Shown in pieces: positions 31,525 to 41,772 of a stretch of 64,000 nucleotides of DNA. Position 1 is the stretch's first letter. Every line of letters starts with the position of its first letter. This DNA comes from an uncultured delta proteobacterium (GTDB lineage Bacteria; Myxococcota_A; Polyangia; Polyangiales; B10-G4), in contig CAVSGI010000021.1 of the NCBI GenBank assembly GCA_963727445.1, positions 352,001 to 416,000 of the forward strand, read 5' to 3'. The position numbers were made by a program, and so were the translations under genes. The notes under the pieces were generated by a model. That model was not told the origin of the DNA. It made no database searches and saw only the letters and a list, made by a program, of their open reading frames with translations.

Positions 31525-32769
31525 CTACGGCGTCTCGGGCGGGCTCGCGGTGTTCTGCGGGTCGGCGGTGGGGCGCTCGATGAAATCGGCGCGGTTGTCG
31601 TCGGTGTCCTGGCCGTTGCCGCGCGTGGCGTCGGTGCCGGTGGTCATGCTGGCGGGGCTGGACGCGGGACCCGCCTTGCGCTCGTAGGTGTTCACCGCCT
31701 CGTCGACCACGGCGATCATGGCGTTGCCCTCGGGGTTCATGGCGGTGCCCCAACCGAAGCGGTCGAGCTCGGTGACGCCATTCACGATGCGTACGTGGCC
31801 GCCCAGGCCGTTGAGCCCGGAAGGCCACTGAGCGCCCGGGTCGAGGGTGGTGGCCCGCGAGTAGTTGCCCCCGCCGACCAGATAGAAGCCGTGGGCGCCG
31901 ATGGTCGCGCCAGGCGGGAACTGGGTGCGGTTGCTCCAGGTTGTCCCCGCCGAGGATTGGTACTGGATCTGGAGGCCCGAGACGTCGATGGGGAAGTCCA
32001 TCCGGTTGTAGATCTCCACGAACTCGTCGAGGGCGCCGCTCGGGCCACGCGTCGAGACCTCGCTGATCACCAGCGTGCCCGGGCAGGGCAGGGACTCGTC
32101 CGTCATTCCGTCGCAGTCCTCGTCGCCGCCGCCGCACACCTCGGGGCCGGTGGTGCAGGCGTCGCCGGTGGCGTCCGGCATGCTCGAGTCCGTCGCCGAC
32201 GAGTCCATCGTCGTCCCATCGGGCATCGAGGAGTCCATGGTGGTGGAGTCGAAGACCGAGGAGTCCATCATCGTCGACGAGTCCGTCGACGCGTCCATCC
32301 CCGCGTCGGGCAGGACCACCACGTCGGTGCACATGCCGGCGACGCAGTCGATGCCGGGATCGCACTCCACACCGAGGCAGGCCGCCGTGAGGAGCAGGGC
32401 CACGTGGTTGGTGGTCCCCGGCATGAAGCGGGCGACCACGGTTCGCCGCACCGCGAAGTCCCCACCCGAGAGCCCGGTGACGCTCACGCGCACCTCGGAG
32501 GCGGTGCTCGCCGGTCCGGGCAGGATGGCGAGGGAGTGGGGCCACGGCTCGGAGATCGCGAACTCCTCGTCGATCCGATACCCGTCGGGTGTCAACGCTT
32601 CGAAGCGGAGCGCGTCGATCTGGCCGGGCACCAGGAGATCCGGCGACGCCACGTCGACGATCAACGACGTCTTGTCGGTACAGCCCGTGAGCGAAGCAAA
32701 GCCGAGCAGGAGCGCGAGCGCCGCCATCCGCATGCGCGTGAGAGTGACCCCAATCACCCGCACGAGCAA
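31525..32769 (-). CDS. Lipoprotein with C-terminal lamin-tail domain
   Basis: LTGC lipobox; Asp/Ser/Met linker; LVISEV...DEFVEIYN...DVSGLQI. Confidence 0.8.
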   Translation of the reverse strand: MLVRVIGVTLTRMRMAALALLLGFASLTGCTDKTSLIVDVASPDLLVPGQIDALRFEALTPDGYRIDEEFAISEPWPHSLAILPGPASTASEVRVSVTGLSGGDFAVRRTVVARFMPGTTNHVALLLTAACLGVECDPGIDCVAGMCTDVVVLPDAGMDASTDSSTMMDSSVFDSTTMDSSMPDGTTMDSSATDSSMPDATGDACTTGPEVCGGGDEDCDGMTDESLPCPGTLVISEVSTRGPSGALDEFVEIYNRMDFPIDVSGLQIQYQSSAGTTWSNRTQFPPGATIGAHGFYLVGGGNYSRATTLDPGAQWPSGLNGLGGHVRIVNGVTELDRFGWGTAMNPEGNAMIAVVDEAVNTYERKAGPASSPASMTTGTDATRGNGQDTDDNRADFIERPTADPQNTASPPETP

Positions 32770-32784
32770 CAGCCGCTCAGAGAC

Positions 32785-34620
32785 TCACTCGCTTCCCTCG
32801 TCTGCCAGATCGAAGAAGACGCGCGTCTCCTCGTCTTCGCTGACGCGGACCGTGCGCTCGTGCGGGTTTCCGTCGCGGTCCTCGAGGCGGAGGCGTACCG
32901 TGCCCGCGGCAACGGTGGTGCGCAGGGGCGTGGTGCCGAGGAGGCGTCCGCCGGCGTAGACCTTCGACCACGGCCGGGTGTTGATCGCGAGGGTCCCCTG
33001 GCCCGCGCTCGCCACCTCCTCCATCGTCGTCGTGTCCTCGCGGTCGCCGCCGCGGCGGCGCCTCAGGCGGGCCTCGACGGTGGCGGTCTCACCCGCGCGG
33101 ATCTCGATCTGCTCGCGATGGGTGCGATGGCCGTCGGCCCGGATCTGTAGCGCGTGCGTGCCGGCGCTCAGCCCCTCGATGTCCAGCGGCGTCTCGCCCT
33201 CCGCCGCCTCGCCGTCGATGGTGACGTGGGCGCCGGCGGGGCGAGAGGCGACGCGGAGGGCACCCGTCTGTGGCTCGCCCGCCGCCTCCGTCTCCGCCTC
33301 GGTCCCCGTCTGGGTCCCCGTCTGGGTCCCCGTCTGGGTCTCCGTCTGGGTCTCCGTCTGGGTCTCCGTCTGGGTCTCCCGCGGACTCGGGATGGTGATC
33401 ACTTCGGGCAGAGGCTCGGGCCGGGTGAAGACCCAGATCCCCCCTGCGGCGAGCGCCAGCGACAACAGGACCACCAGCGCGCCGAGGAAGGCGATGGGCA
33501 GGACGCTCTGGCGCGGCGGCTCCTGCTGCGGGGCCGCGCTGACGACCTCGTCCTCCTCGTCGAGCATGGTGCCGCCCCCGAAGGGCACGGGCTCCACGCT
33601 GGGGCCGGTCTGGATGTCGTCGGCGAAGAGCAGGCCCATCAGCTGCGACACGGTCGAGGCGTTGATCACCTGCCTCGTCTCGGCGAGCCAGCCTTCGAGC
33701 GCGCGCTGCAGTGCGCCCGCGCTCGGATATCGGTCGTCGGGCTCCTTCGCGAGGGCCGTCTTCAGGATCCGATCGAGCGCCTCGGGAACATCCGGGTTCT
33801 TCTCGCGCGCGGAGGGCACCGGCGCTTCGATGATGGCGCGGAACGTCTCGTACTCGGTGTTGCGCTTGTAGAGGTTGCGCGCGGTGAGCGCTTCGTAGAG
33901 GCAGATGCCGAGCGCGAAGACGTCCGAGCGCCCGTCGATCGCCTCGCCGCGGCACTGCTCTGGGCTCATGTAGGCGAACTTGCCCTTCACCTGACCGTCG
34001 GAGGTCTTCGCGAGGTGACTCGCGGCCTTGGCGATGCCGAAGTCGAGGAGCTTCACGACGCCCGAGAAGCTCACCATGATGTTCTGCGGGCTCACGTCAC
34101 GATGGATGACGTTCAGAGGCTGGCCGTTGTCGTCGCGCGCGTTGTGCGCGTAATCGAGGGCCTCTGCGGTGGTCGCGATGATGCGCGCGCTGATCCCCGG
34201 CGGGACGGCGCCGTACTGCTTGCGCGCGGTCTTGATCAGACGGCCCAAGGGCACGCCGTCGATCCACTCCATCGCGATGAAGTAGTTCCCCTTGTGCTGG
34301 CCGAACTCGTAGATGTGACAGATGTTCGGATGGGTCAGCTTCATCGCGAGGCGCGCCTCGTCGAGGAACATCTGAACGAAGCGCTCGTCGTCCGAGACGT
34401 GCGGGAGCACACGCTTGATCACCAGCGTTCGCGAGGCCCCCGCCTGAGCCCGCTGGCGCGCGAGGAAGATCTCGGCCATGCCGCCGAGGGCGATGCGCCC
34501 CAGGATCTGATAGCGCCCGAAGGTTCCGACCGGGGCGATCCGGAGCAGCCCGGACCGATCCGACGACGGGCTTCCGCCGGCGGGAGGCGGGACGGAGCCG
34601 CTGTCGGGACGTGCGGTCAT
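32785..34620 (-). CDS. Membrane Ser/Thr protein kinase with PEGA domains
   Basis: GGMAEIF, HRDVSPQN, DFGIAK, YMSPEQ; TM; PEGA SRPAGAHVTIDG and NTRPWSKVY. Confidence 0.93.
   Translation of the reverse strand: MTARPDSGSVPPPAGGSPSSDRSGLLRIAPVGTFGRYQILGRIALGGMAEIFLARQRAQAGASRTLVIKRVLPHVSDDERFVQMFLDEARLAMKLTHPNICHIYEFGQHKGNYFIAMEWIDGVPLGRLIKTARKQYGAVPPGISARIIATTAEALDYAHNARDDNGQPLNVIHRDVSPQNIMVSFSGVVKLLDFGIAKAASHLAKTSDGQVKGKFAYMSPEQCRGEAIDGRSDVFALGICLYEALTARNLYKRNTEYETFRAIIEAPVPSAREKNPDVPEALDRILKTALAKEPDDRYPSAGALQRALEGWLAETRQVINASTVSQLMGLLFADDIQTGPSVEPVPFGGGTMLDEEDEVVSAAPQQEPPRQSVLPIAFLGALVVLLSLALAAGGIWVFTRPEPLPEVITIPSPRETQTETQTETQTETQTGTQTGTQTGTEAETEAAGEPQTGALRVASRPAGAHVTIDGEAAEGETPLDIEGLSAGTHALQIRADGHRTHREQIEIRAGETATVEARLRRRRGGDREDTTTMEEVASAGQGTLAINTRPWSKVYAGGRLLGTTPLRTTVAAGTVRLRLEDRDGNPHERTVRVSEDEETRVFFDLADEGSE
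33301..33380. repeat. 12-bp coding tandem repeat (QTET/QTGT linker)
   Basis: GTCTGGGTC(T/C)CC repeated six to seven times. Confidence 0.85.
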
Positions 34621-34646
34621 GGCGCGCCCGCAGTATAACGCGCGCG

Positions 34647-35570
34647 ATGAGCCGGACGAGAGCGCGTGGAGCAGGGCGTATTCTGGCGTACAGCCTCTGC
34701 GCAGGCGCTTTTCACCTCCTCGTCACCACGGCCGCCCTGGCGCAGGCCGATCCCGAGGAGAACCTCGCCGAGGTGCGGGAGATGATCCTCTATGCCCGCT
34801 ACGACGAAGCGATCGCCGCGGCCGAGGCGTTGGCCGGAGCGAGTGGGCTCACCGCTCGCCAGATCAACGCCGCGCTCGAGCTCCTGGCGACGGCGCGCGT
34901 CGCCACCGGGGACGACGCCGGCGCCCAGCGAGCGCTGGCCCGTCTCTACGCGCGAGACCCCCAGCACCGTCTGAGCGATCCCGATCCCAGCCCTCACGTC
35001 GCGTCGGCCTTCGCTCGCGCCCGCGAGGCTGCGCCCGAGCCGGTGGCGGTGACCCTCGACTGGGGCCTGCGCCCGACGGAGCGACGAGAGGCGCCGGGCG
35101 TCGCCGTGCGCATCACCGAAGGCGCCGATGCGGTGCAGGAGGTGCGCCTCTCCTATCGCCAGGGAGACGACACGAGCTTCAACCGCATCGAGATGACGCG
35201 TGAGGAGTCGGGCGTCTACAAGGCACGCATTCCGCTGCTCTCGGCCACCGGTGATGCCTACGACGTGTCCTTCTACGTGGAAGCATTCGCGCCTTCGCGC
35301 GCGCCCCTGGCGCGCCTCGGGAGCGACGCGAGCCCACTCTCGCTGACGGTTCCGGCCGCGCACGAGGGCACGAGCGTCGTCTCCTCGGGGGACGCGGACG
35401 GGACCGCGAACGACGAAGAAGGCGGCGGCGTCGCGACCAAGTGGTGGTTTTGGACCCTCCTGGTGGCCGTGGTCGCCGGCGGTGTGACAGCGGCGATTCT
35501 GCTCGGTCCGGCGAGCGAAGGGCCGGAAACGGGAAGCCTCGGCAGCGCGACGCTCGGGCTGAGCTTCTGA
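34647..35570 (+). CDS. Secreted TPR-like protein with C-terminal KWWFWT hydrophobic segment
   Basis: Signal peptide, TPR-like helices, beta-rich domain, ends LGLSF. Confidence 0.75.
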   Translation: MSRTRARGAGRILAYSLCAGAFHLLVTTAALAQADPEENLAEVREMILYARYDEAIAAAEALAGASGLTARQINAALELLATARVATGDDAGAQRALARLYARDPQHRLSDPDPSPHVASAFARAREAAPEPVAVTLDWGLRPTERREAPGVAVRITEGADAVQEVRLSYRQGDDTSFNRIEMTREESGVYKARIPLLSATGDAYDVSFYVEAFAPSRAPLARLGSDASPLSLTVPAAHEGTSVVSSGDADGTANDEEGGGVATKWWFWTLLVAVVAGGVTAAILLGPASEGPETGSLGSATLGLSF

Positions 35571-35603
35571 CTGACGCCCACCCGGGTTACCCTGACGTGG
35601 CAG

Positions 35604-37014
35604 GTGCAGGCCCAAGAGGCACAGGAAGAGAGCGACGAGGATTTCCGCGCGGGTGACGTGATCGCCGGCCGCTTCGAGATCGTTCGAACGCTCGGTCGCG
35701 GCGGCATGGCGACGGTGTACGAGGCGCTCCACAAGGTGACGCGCCGTCCGGTGGCCCTGAAGGTCGCCAATCAGAAGCTGGTGAACAATCAGCTCCTCTC
35801 TCAGCGCTTCCTTCGTGAGGCGCAGACCGCCAGCACCATTCGGCACGACCACGCCATCGAGGTGTCGGACGTCTTCGAGACCGACGGACGTCCGGTGATG
35901 GTGATGGAGCTCCTGAAGGGGCGCGACCTCGCGCGCTTCCTCGCCGACGGTCAGAAGGTGAGCCCGTCGCTGCTGGCGGAGATCTTCGTGCCTGTGCTGT
36001 CGGCGCTCGCCCACGCCCACGCCGAGGGGATCATCCACCGCGACATGAAGCCGGACAACATCTTCCTGCTCGAGAAGGGCGGCAAGGTCTTCCCCAAGGT
36101 TCTCGACTTCGGAATCGCGAAGGTGGTGGGCGAGGCGGTGGACTCGGATTCTCAAGCTCACGAGCACCGGGATGCTCCTCGGCACGCCCTTCTACATGTC
36201 GCCGGAGCAGGTCTCGGGGCGCGAGGATCTCGATCACCTCGCCGACATCTGGTCGGTCGGGGTGTGCATGTACGAGGCGCTCACCGGCGAGCTGCCCTTT
36301 CAGGGATCGAACTTCGGTCAGGTCTTCGCCGCCATCCTCCAGGCCGATCCCCCGCAGATGAAGGCGAGCGTGCCGCAGGAGCTCGAGGCGATCGTCCGGC
36401 GCTGTTTGGCGAAGCGGCCCGAAGACCGGCCCCAGGACTGCGGCGAGCTCGCGGAAGCGCTTCGCGCCTACGGCGGCACCGACGCGGGCAAGTACCCGGC
36501 GCCCGCGACCTCCAGCGGACGCTTCCACGTGGTGCGCCCGGACGAGGTGGCCGCGAGCGTGGCGCCGACGCTGGCGGAAGAAGATGGCGCTGCGACGGGC
36601 TTCGATGACCAGACGGTGAACCTGCGCCGCCAGGGCCTCGGCGCGGCGACCTATCTGCTGATCGGTGTCGTAGCTGCGATCGGTCTGACCATCGTGCTCG
36701 CCGTGTGGCTGTCGCAGAGTGAGGTGGAGTCACCTTCCGTCGGCGGCGATCGGGAGCCTGTCATCGAAACCGAGCCCGCGCCTTCGCCCGACCCCACGTC
36801 GGCGGGGGTGACTGCCGCCGCGGCTCCGGAGCCGGAGCCGGAGGCGATCGAAGAGCCGCCGGCGGCTCTGGAGGAAGAGACGGGAGCGACGGCCGAGACC
36901 GGTGCGATGCGGTCGATGCGACGCGGCCGGCGCGGGCGAATGGGCGCGCGGGGCGACAGGACCGAACAATCGGCGATGGGCACGCCGATGTCCGGTATCA
37001 TCGACCAGCTTTGA
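35604..37014 (+). CDS. Membrane Ser/Thr protein kinase, frameshift near 36155
   Basis: GRGGMATVY, VALK, HRDMKPDN, DFG; GTPFYMSPEQ and TM in next frame. Confidence 0.9.
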
Positions 37015-37950
37015 GCCTCTTCCGCTCCTTCCTCCTCGTCCTCGCCCTCGTGTCCGTGGTGGCCTCACCCGCGCTGGCGCAGCAGCGGGAGGCGAGCGAC
37101 CCGCGCGCACGCGCGCAGCCGATCTTCAACAGCGGCCTCGAGCTGGTGGAGCAGCAGCGCTGGTCCGAGGCCCTCGACCGCTTCGTCTCCGCCTACGAGA
37201 TTCTACGCGTCTCCCACCATCGCCTTCAACATCGCCTACTGCCAGCGCGCCCTCGGGCGCTACGTCGAGGCGCTCGATACCTTCGAGGCGTTCCTCGGGA
37301 GCGAGCTCTCGGGGCAGGCGGCGTCGCGAGAGGCGGAAGCGCGGGGGTACGTGCGCGAGCTCGAGGCCCGCCTGGTCACCCTGGAGATCGAGGTGCCCGC
37401 TTCCGAGCGCGAGGGGCTCGAGCTCCTGGTCGACGGTCGGGCGGTCGAGCCCGCGGCCCAGATCTCCATGCGCCTCGACCCGGGGCCGCACACGGTGCAC
37501 GCGCGCCGCGAGGGCTATCAGCCGCTCTTCGTCGATCGCGAGATGTCACCCGGCGACCGCGAGCACGTCGAGGTGAGGCTCGCCGAGCGCCCGGCGCGAC
37601 TGACCGTGGCGGCGAACGTCGACGATGCCGAGGTGCTCCTCGATGGCGCCGCCATCGGCGTCGTGCCCTTCGACTCCGAGATCGCGCCCGGCCGTCACGA
37701 GATCGTGGTCCAGAGCGAAGACTTCGTCCCGCATCGCACGGTGCTCGACGTGGCCTCGGGGGACACCGCCCGCGTCGAAGCGGATCTCGAGGAGGAGCCC
37801 ACGCCGATCTACGCGCGTTGGTGGTTCTGGACGGGGATCGCGGCGGTGGTCGCCGGCGCGGTCATCGCGACCTGGGCGCTCACGCGTCCCGAGCCGGAGC
37901 CGCCACCCTACGATGGCGGCAATCTGGACTGGGTCGTCGGCCAGCCCTGA
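37011..37950 (+). CDS. TPR + PEGA domain protein, frameshift near 37210
   Basis: Signal peptide, TPR, two PEGA-like repeats, RWWFWTG hydrophobic segment. Confidence 0.82.
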
Positions 37951-37957
37951 GTCGCCC

Positions 37958-39271
37958 TCAGCCATCGCGCGCGCAGCGAAAGCCGATCAGCTTGCTCACG
38001 CCTTCGAAGAAGAACTGACGGTTGGGCACCATGGGCCGGTAGGCGGCGCCGGGATCGTTCGTCGCCCGCCAATAGCCACCGCGCGCCGAGCGTCCGTGGG
38101 TGAGGTCGTCGGCGGTGGTCTGGCAGAGCGGGCTGATCCCGTAGTTGCCGGGAAGCCAGCACCGCTCGATGTACGTCTGGAAGTCGTCCGCCATCCACTC
38201 GACGAGGTTCCATCCCAGGTCGTGCACGCCGAGCGCCACGTCGAAGTCGCGCACGCCGACCGGTCCGGGGCCCTCGGTCACCACGGTTTCTTCGGTGAGG
38301 AGGTCGCCCCAGGGGTACAGGCTCTCCTCGGGACCGTTGCCCGCGACCCACTCGAATTCCGCCTCGGTCGGCAGGCGCTTTTCGTCGAAGGCGCAGAGCT
38401 CTTCGCCCAGATAGGGACGCAGGCAGTTGAGTGGAAAGGCATCCATGGATGCGTCCATGGGATCCGCGGGGAGGGTGCACGCGGGATCGGAGGTGGCAGG
38501 GGTTCCGGGCGGCGGGCCGGTGGGCACGAAACCGCGCGCGACGGCGTCGCGGTAGCGCGCGACCGTGTACTCGTGACGATCCATGAAGAAGGAGCGGACG
38601 CTCACCAGATGCTCGGGCACCCCGTCGAAGCCCGCGCCGAGGCCCTGGCGGCGCACGTCTCCCATCCAGTAGGTGCCGCCGGTCACGCAAACCTCTGAGT
38701 CGAAGAGGCCGCTGTCGTCGGCCGGGGCGCCTTCGCAGGGATCGCTCACCTCCGTTCGGAAGGTCCCCACGCGGCTCGGCGCATCGGGATCGCGCTCCGG
38801 CGCATCGCGGATGGGGGCCAGCGCGCCGCCCACGCAAGAAGTGTCCTCGGTCGCAGGGATGCCCGCGCATGCACCTTCGAGAAAGATCTCTTCCGCCAGG
38901 ACGCCGTCGCCGAAGGTGAGCGTGAAGATCCCCTCGATCGCGCTCTCGGGCAGGGCGCGCCCCGCCGAGATCCGGCCGATGGGAAAGAGCGTCGCGCGCA
39001 CGCGTCGCTCGCTCCCGTCGAGCGGCGCCTCGACGCCGAAAGACAGGGGCCAGTCGTCTGCCGAGGAGATCGCGACCTCGCGGGAGCATCCGTCGCAGGC
39101 CGGCTGCCACGCGCCATCCACCTCCGCGAGGACATCGACCCGCACCCGCTCGGCGAGCACGGGCGAGTCGAGATCGGTGTCGATGAAGACCAGCGCCTGC
39201 GGGCGCGGTGGCGCGACCTGATCGCAACCGGCGACGAGGACCAAGAGTGCGAGCGCGTGCTGCGCCTTCAC
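37958..39271 (-). CDS. Lipoprotein with FGE-sulfatase (SUMF1/EgtB/PvdO-type) domain
   Basis: VAGC lipobox; MDRHEYTV, RLPTEAEFEW, DLGWNLVEW, GFRCAR. Confidence 0.85.
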   Translation of the reverse strand: MKAQHALALLVLVAGCDQVAPPRPQALVFIDTDLDSPVLAERVRVDVLAEVDGAWQPACDGCSREVAISSADDWPLSFGVEAPLDGSERRVRATLFPIGRISAGRALPESAIEGIFTLTFGDGVLAEEIFLEGACAGIPATEDTSCVGGALAPIRDAPERDPDAPSRVGTFRTEVSDPCEGAPADDSGLFDSEVCVTGGTYWMGDVRRQGLGAGFDGVPEHLVSVRSFFMDRHEYTVARYRDAVARGFVPTGPPPGTPATSDPACTLPADPMDASMDAFPLNCLRPYLGEELCAFDEKRLPTEAEFEWVAGNGPEESLYPWGDLLTEETVVTEGPGPVGVRDFDVALGVHDLGWNLVEWMADDFQTYIERCWLPGNYGISPLCQTTADDLTHGRSARGGYWRATNDPGAAYRPMVPNRQFFFEGVSKLIGFRCARDG

Positions 39272-40734
39272 GGTGCTGCCCTCACGCAGCGAAAACCGTT
39301 GGCGAAGCCCTCGAAGGGCGCGCCGGGAGTGCCGATGGCGCTGTCGTGGGGGCTGCCCTTGCGAAGCGAGACCGGCAGCGAGCCCAACACGCCCGACCAG
39401 ATCCCGCCCTTCACGATGTAGGTGGTGGTGGTGCCGGTGTCGCAGACCGGGTCCACCAGGAACGGCGCCTGCCAGCACTCGTCGGTGAGCGGGACGAAGG
39501 AGTCCCGCGTCCACTCCTGCAGGTTGCCTTCGAGATCCATGATGCCCTGTGCGTTCGAGTCCGTGGCCATGCTGCCTACGGGCTGGGGGCCCTCTCCGAG
39601 GGCTGCGCACTGCCCCGTCCCACCGAGGGTGGCGAGGTAGGCCACGCCGAAGCGATCGGAGAGGGAGCGACCGATACGCGCGAAGACGGCGTCGTCACAG
39701 GTGGGCGGTCGATCGCCCCACACGTAGATGGTCTCGCGACCGCCGCTGGTCGCGGCGTACTCCCACTGGGCTTCGCTCGGCAGGGAGCGGCCCCCGTCGA
39801 ATCGACAGAAAGCCTCGGCGGCCTCCTTGCTGATGCAGTTCATGGGGAGCTCGTCCGTGGAGCCGTCGGTAGTGAAGTGGCAGAGGTCGATCTGGGAGCG
39901 GGTCACCCATTCACCGGCGGGGAACTCGAAGCCGCGATCCATCGCGTCCCGAACGCGCCTGACGGTGACTTCGTAGCGGTCCATGTAGAAAGGGGACAGC
40001 CGCACCAGGCGTTCGGGAATCGACGCCCAGCTCACCCCCACGCTGGCGTTCACGCCGAGCCGGCCGTCGCCGAGGAAGAAGATGCCGCCGCGGATGCAGG
40101 CCTCCTCATCGTGGAGGCCCGAGTCGGGGCGGGGCTCACCGCTGCACGGCCTGTCCTGGGCGGTGTCCCAGGTCCCCGCGCGGGGCGGTGCGTCGGGATC
40201 GGGGGGACCGTCCAGGGTGCTGATGCCGACGTCGGGCGCCGCTGGCGGCTCGAGCCCGCTCGCGACACAGGTGCGCATCGCCTCGAGGTCCGCGGTGAAG
40301 CCCATGCAGTCGCCGTGAAGGATGACCAGGCTCTGCCGCACGCCGCTGTCGGGCACGGCGATCGACACCAGGCGATCGACGACGAAGGCCGGGAGCGGAT
40401 CGTCGGGTGCGAGGTCGGCCGTGAGCTCCGACGGATTGCGCCCGGCGATGTGGGAGGCCTCGTAGACCCTCAGGCGCATGAGCGTGGGGGCGCCGTCGCT
40501 TCGAGCGGCCACGCCCAAAGAGACCGGCCAGTCGTCGGTGTTGGGGCGGACGTAGGTGCGCGAGTCCGACACGCTTCCGTCGGGTTCGAGGACCTCGATG
40601 CGCAGGGTGTCGGCGAGGGAGGGGACGGGAACGTCGGTGTCGACCCAGAGCAGCACCTGCGCGCGCGGGTCGACGTCGGCGGCGCATCCCGCCACCACGA
40701 GCAGCCCGAGCACCATCGCGAGAGCGCGCTTCAC
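39268..40734 (-). CDS. Lipoprotein with FGE-sulfatase domain (tandem paralog)
   Basis: VAGC lipobox; MDRYEVTV, LPSEAQWEYAA, DLEGNLQEW, GFRCVR. Confidence 0.87.
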   Translation of the reverse strand: MKRALAMVLGLLVVAGCAADVDPRAQVLLWVDTDVPVPSLADTLRIEVLEPDGSVSDSRTYVRPNTDDWPVSLGVAARSDGAPTLMRLRVYEASHIAGRNPSELTADLAPDDPLPAFVVDRLVSIAVPDSGVRQSLVILHGDCMGFTADLEAMRTCVASGLEPPAAPDVGISTLDGPPDPDAPPRAGTWDTAQDRPCSGEPRPDSGLHDEEACIRGGIFFLGDGRLGVNASVGVSWASIPERLVRLSPFYMDRYEVTVRRVRDAMDRGFEFPAGEWVTRSQIDLCHFTTDGSTDELPMNCISKEAAEAFCRFDGGRSLPSEAQWEYAATSGGRETIYVWGDRPPTCDDAVFARIGRSLSDRFGVAYLATLGGTGQCAALGEGPQPVGSMATDSNAQGIMDLEGNLQEWTRDSFVPLTDECWQAPFLVDPVCDTGTTTTYIVKGGIWSGVLGSLPVSLRKGSPHDSAIGTPGAPFEGFANGFRCVRAAP

Positions 40735-40743
40735 CCGCTCATT

Positions 40744-41754
40744 CTACACGCGCCCTCGCAGCGGTCGCCTGCGCCGGCGCGAGCGCGACAGCAAGAAGAG
40801 GAGCGAGAGCGGCGCGGCCGGATCGGGAGCGCCCCTTCGTGCGGTGTCGCAGGTACATCCACCACCGCCCCTGAAGGTCGAATCGCCGGGACCCGTCGCC
40901 GATCCGTCGGGCCGGCCGCCGCCGGTGTCGGGTGCCGCATCCGACGCGCCCCCGTCGTAAGGACCGGCGTCCGCCACCGTCGTGCTCGACCAGCCGCAAT
41001 CCTCCGGTACTGCGCCAAGGCAGATCTCGTCGAAGCGCACCGAGCTCGTGCCGCCGACGCCGCCCGCGCCGCCCACGACGAGCTCATGCAGGGGGCTCAC
41101 GTGGCTCCCGCCGACCAACCAGAGCGCAGAAGCAAAGCGTGTAGTCATGGGCACGCCGTCGATACGGATCTCGCATTCTTCGAGCGCCCCGTCTCCTCCC
41201 GTCCCGGTCATCGCGATGGAGGCCTCGACCAGGTGTGCGGCGTCGTCCGGCACGATCGGAGCCCGGCAGGGGAGCGACTCCACCACGTCCTCGGCACTCT
41301 CGAGCTGCCATGCGAGCTCCGGGCCCTCCTCGTTGTGGTATTCGAGGAGGATGTCCGCTTCGCCAGTGCGCGTGTAGACGCGCACCAGCTCGACGAAGGT
41401 GCGCGGCGGGTCGGGTGAACCGACGAAGTCCGGACTGAGCTGGACGTAGAACGAGACCGCCAGACGTTCGGGATCGGGAACCCATGGAACGGGCTCGGGA
41501 TGGAGGCGGTACTCCGAGCCGGCGTAGGGATAGGAGACGTCGAGACACGCGCCCGCGCCCACACCGCAGTCCGGGGCGATGGTCAGATCTGCGCTGCTCA
41601 GCTCGACACTGGTCTCGCCGCAGAGGCCATCCGCCAGGCAGGCCGCCGTCCAGGTCTCGAAATCGATCCGCCGCTGGGCGGTGGCGAGGGACGGCAGCGC
41701 GCCGATCGACACGACGACGAGGAACGAAGCGCCAGCCACCTGCATGAGACCCAT
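40744..41754 (-). CDS. Secreted protein with MYXO-CTERM-like tail
   Basis: Signal peptide; FRGGGGCTC...LSLLFLL...RRRRR. Confidence 0.75.
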   Translation of the reverse strand: MGLMQVAGASFLVVVSIGALPSLATAQRRIDFETWTAACLADGLCGETSVELSSADLTIAPDCGVGAGACLDVSYPYAGSEYRLHPEPVPWVPDPERLAVSFYVQLSPDFVGSPDPPRTFVELVRVYTRTGEADILLEYHNEEGPELAWQLESAEDVVESLPCRAPIVPDDAAHLVEASIAMTGTGGDGALEECEIRIDGVPMTTRFASALWLVGGSHVSPLHELVVGGAGGVGGTSSVRFDEICLGAVPEDCGWSSTTVADAGPYDGGASDAAPDTGGGRPDGSATGPGDSTFRGGGGCTCDTARRGAPDPAAPLSLLFLLSRSRRRRRPLRGRV

Positions 41755-41772
41755 TCCCGAGGGGTTCCGGGC

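Noticed and set aside
37958..40734. Diversity-generating retroelement targeting the FGE-type domains
   Set aside because: No reverse transcriptase and no template repeat differing at adenines was found; the paralogs diverge throughout.
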